Source: Armatimonadota bacterium (GTDB lineage Bacteria; Armatimonadota; Hebobacteria; CAIYQO01). Taken from it: a stretch of 16,377 nt of DNA. The stretch is taken from positions 1 through 16,377 of the forward strand of contig JBBRXO010000064.1 in the NCBI GenBank assembly GCA_038248345.1, read 5' to 3'. A model generated the notes under the pieces. It was not told the DNA's origin. It searched no databases and worked only from the letters and a program-made list of their open reading frames with translations. The position numbers and the translations under genes are program-made. This document shows, one piece after another, positions 15,925 through 16,377 of the stretch (position 1 is its first letter; each line of letters opens with the position of its first letter).

Positions 15925-16377
15925 TTTTGTGCCACCTCCACTCGCGCTATGATCTCCGCCAGTTGATCTCCGCCATACTGGGCGATTATTTGGGCGGCTA
16001 ACGTGTACGCCACCATCGCCTCGGCCACGACGCCGGCGGCGGCGACCGCGCAGACATCGGAGCGTTCCGAATGTGCGGCAACTGCTTCTCCAGTAGCCAG
16101 GTCTACAGTAGGCAACGGCTTCACCAGCGTGGAGATAGGCTTCATCACAGCCTGCAATAGCAGCGGCTCTCCGTTAGTCATACCGCCTTCCAGCCCCCCG
16201 GCATTATTCGTTTTGCGCATGATCCCCGCCGTACCCGGGTACATGGCATCATGCACCTGCGAGCCGGGCAACTCTGCAACCCCGAACCCCATGCCAAACT
16301 CGACACCTTTGATAGCAGGGATGCTTAGCACTGCACTTGCCAGGATACCATCGAGACGACGATCCCAGTGGACATGA
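15921..16377 (-). CDS. aroC: Chorismate synthase, C-terminal part (runs off the window)
   Basis: HVHWDRRLDG, SIPAIKGVEFG, TNNAGGLEGGMTNGE, MKPISTL, ERSD; ATGA overlap with aroKB. Confidence 0.96.
   Translation of the reverse strand, partial: HVHWDRRLDGILASAVLSIPAIKGVEFGMGFGVAELPGSQVHDAMYPGTAGIMRKTNNAGGLEGGMTNGEPLLLQAVMKPISTLVKPLPTVDLATGEAVAAHSERSDVCAVAAAGVVAEAMVAYTLAAQIIAQYGGDQLAEIIARVEVAQK

Noticed and set aside
1..16377. CRISPR array, tRNA/rRNA, and numerous antisense ORFs within genes
   Set aside because: No regularly spaced repeat-spacer units or tRNA/rRNA signatures seen; shadow ORFs are expected in GC-rich coding DNA.

Overview
A ~16.4 kb bacterial chromosomal window, mostly GC-rich housekeeping DNA. 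The + strand carries a P-type cation ATPase and a sugar (phosphoglycosyl) transferase. A long - strand run follows: aroC (partial), aroK-aroB fusion, stand-alone lipoyl/E3-binding protein, M48 protease, small Zn-ribbon membrane protein, LpxL-like acyltransferase, D,D-carboxypeptidase, rluB and a URO-D-family protein. The most striking element is a ~380-nt structured region at ~15-395. It carries, in order, motifs I recognise from memory as the OLE RNA consensus, but it lacks large internal and 3' domains and sits directly upstream of the P-type ATPase rather than oapA. A short uORF and RBS hairpins lie between the two. An AT-richer island (~3190-6000) holds a PBECR2-like nuclease remnant and a frameshifted ABC-ATPase + DUF4276 pair, the pair flanked by a diverged duplicate of the sugar-transferase 5' end. 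Intergenic regions hold two REPIN-like elements and a 91-bp MITE with a target-site duplication. All family assignments come from motif recognition, not database searches.
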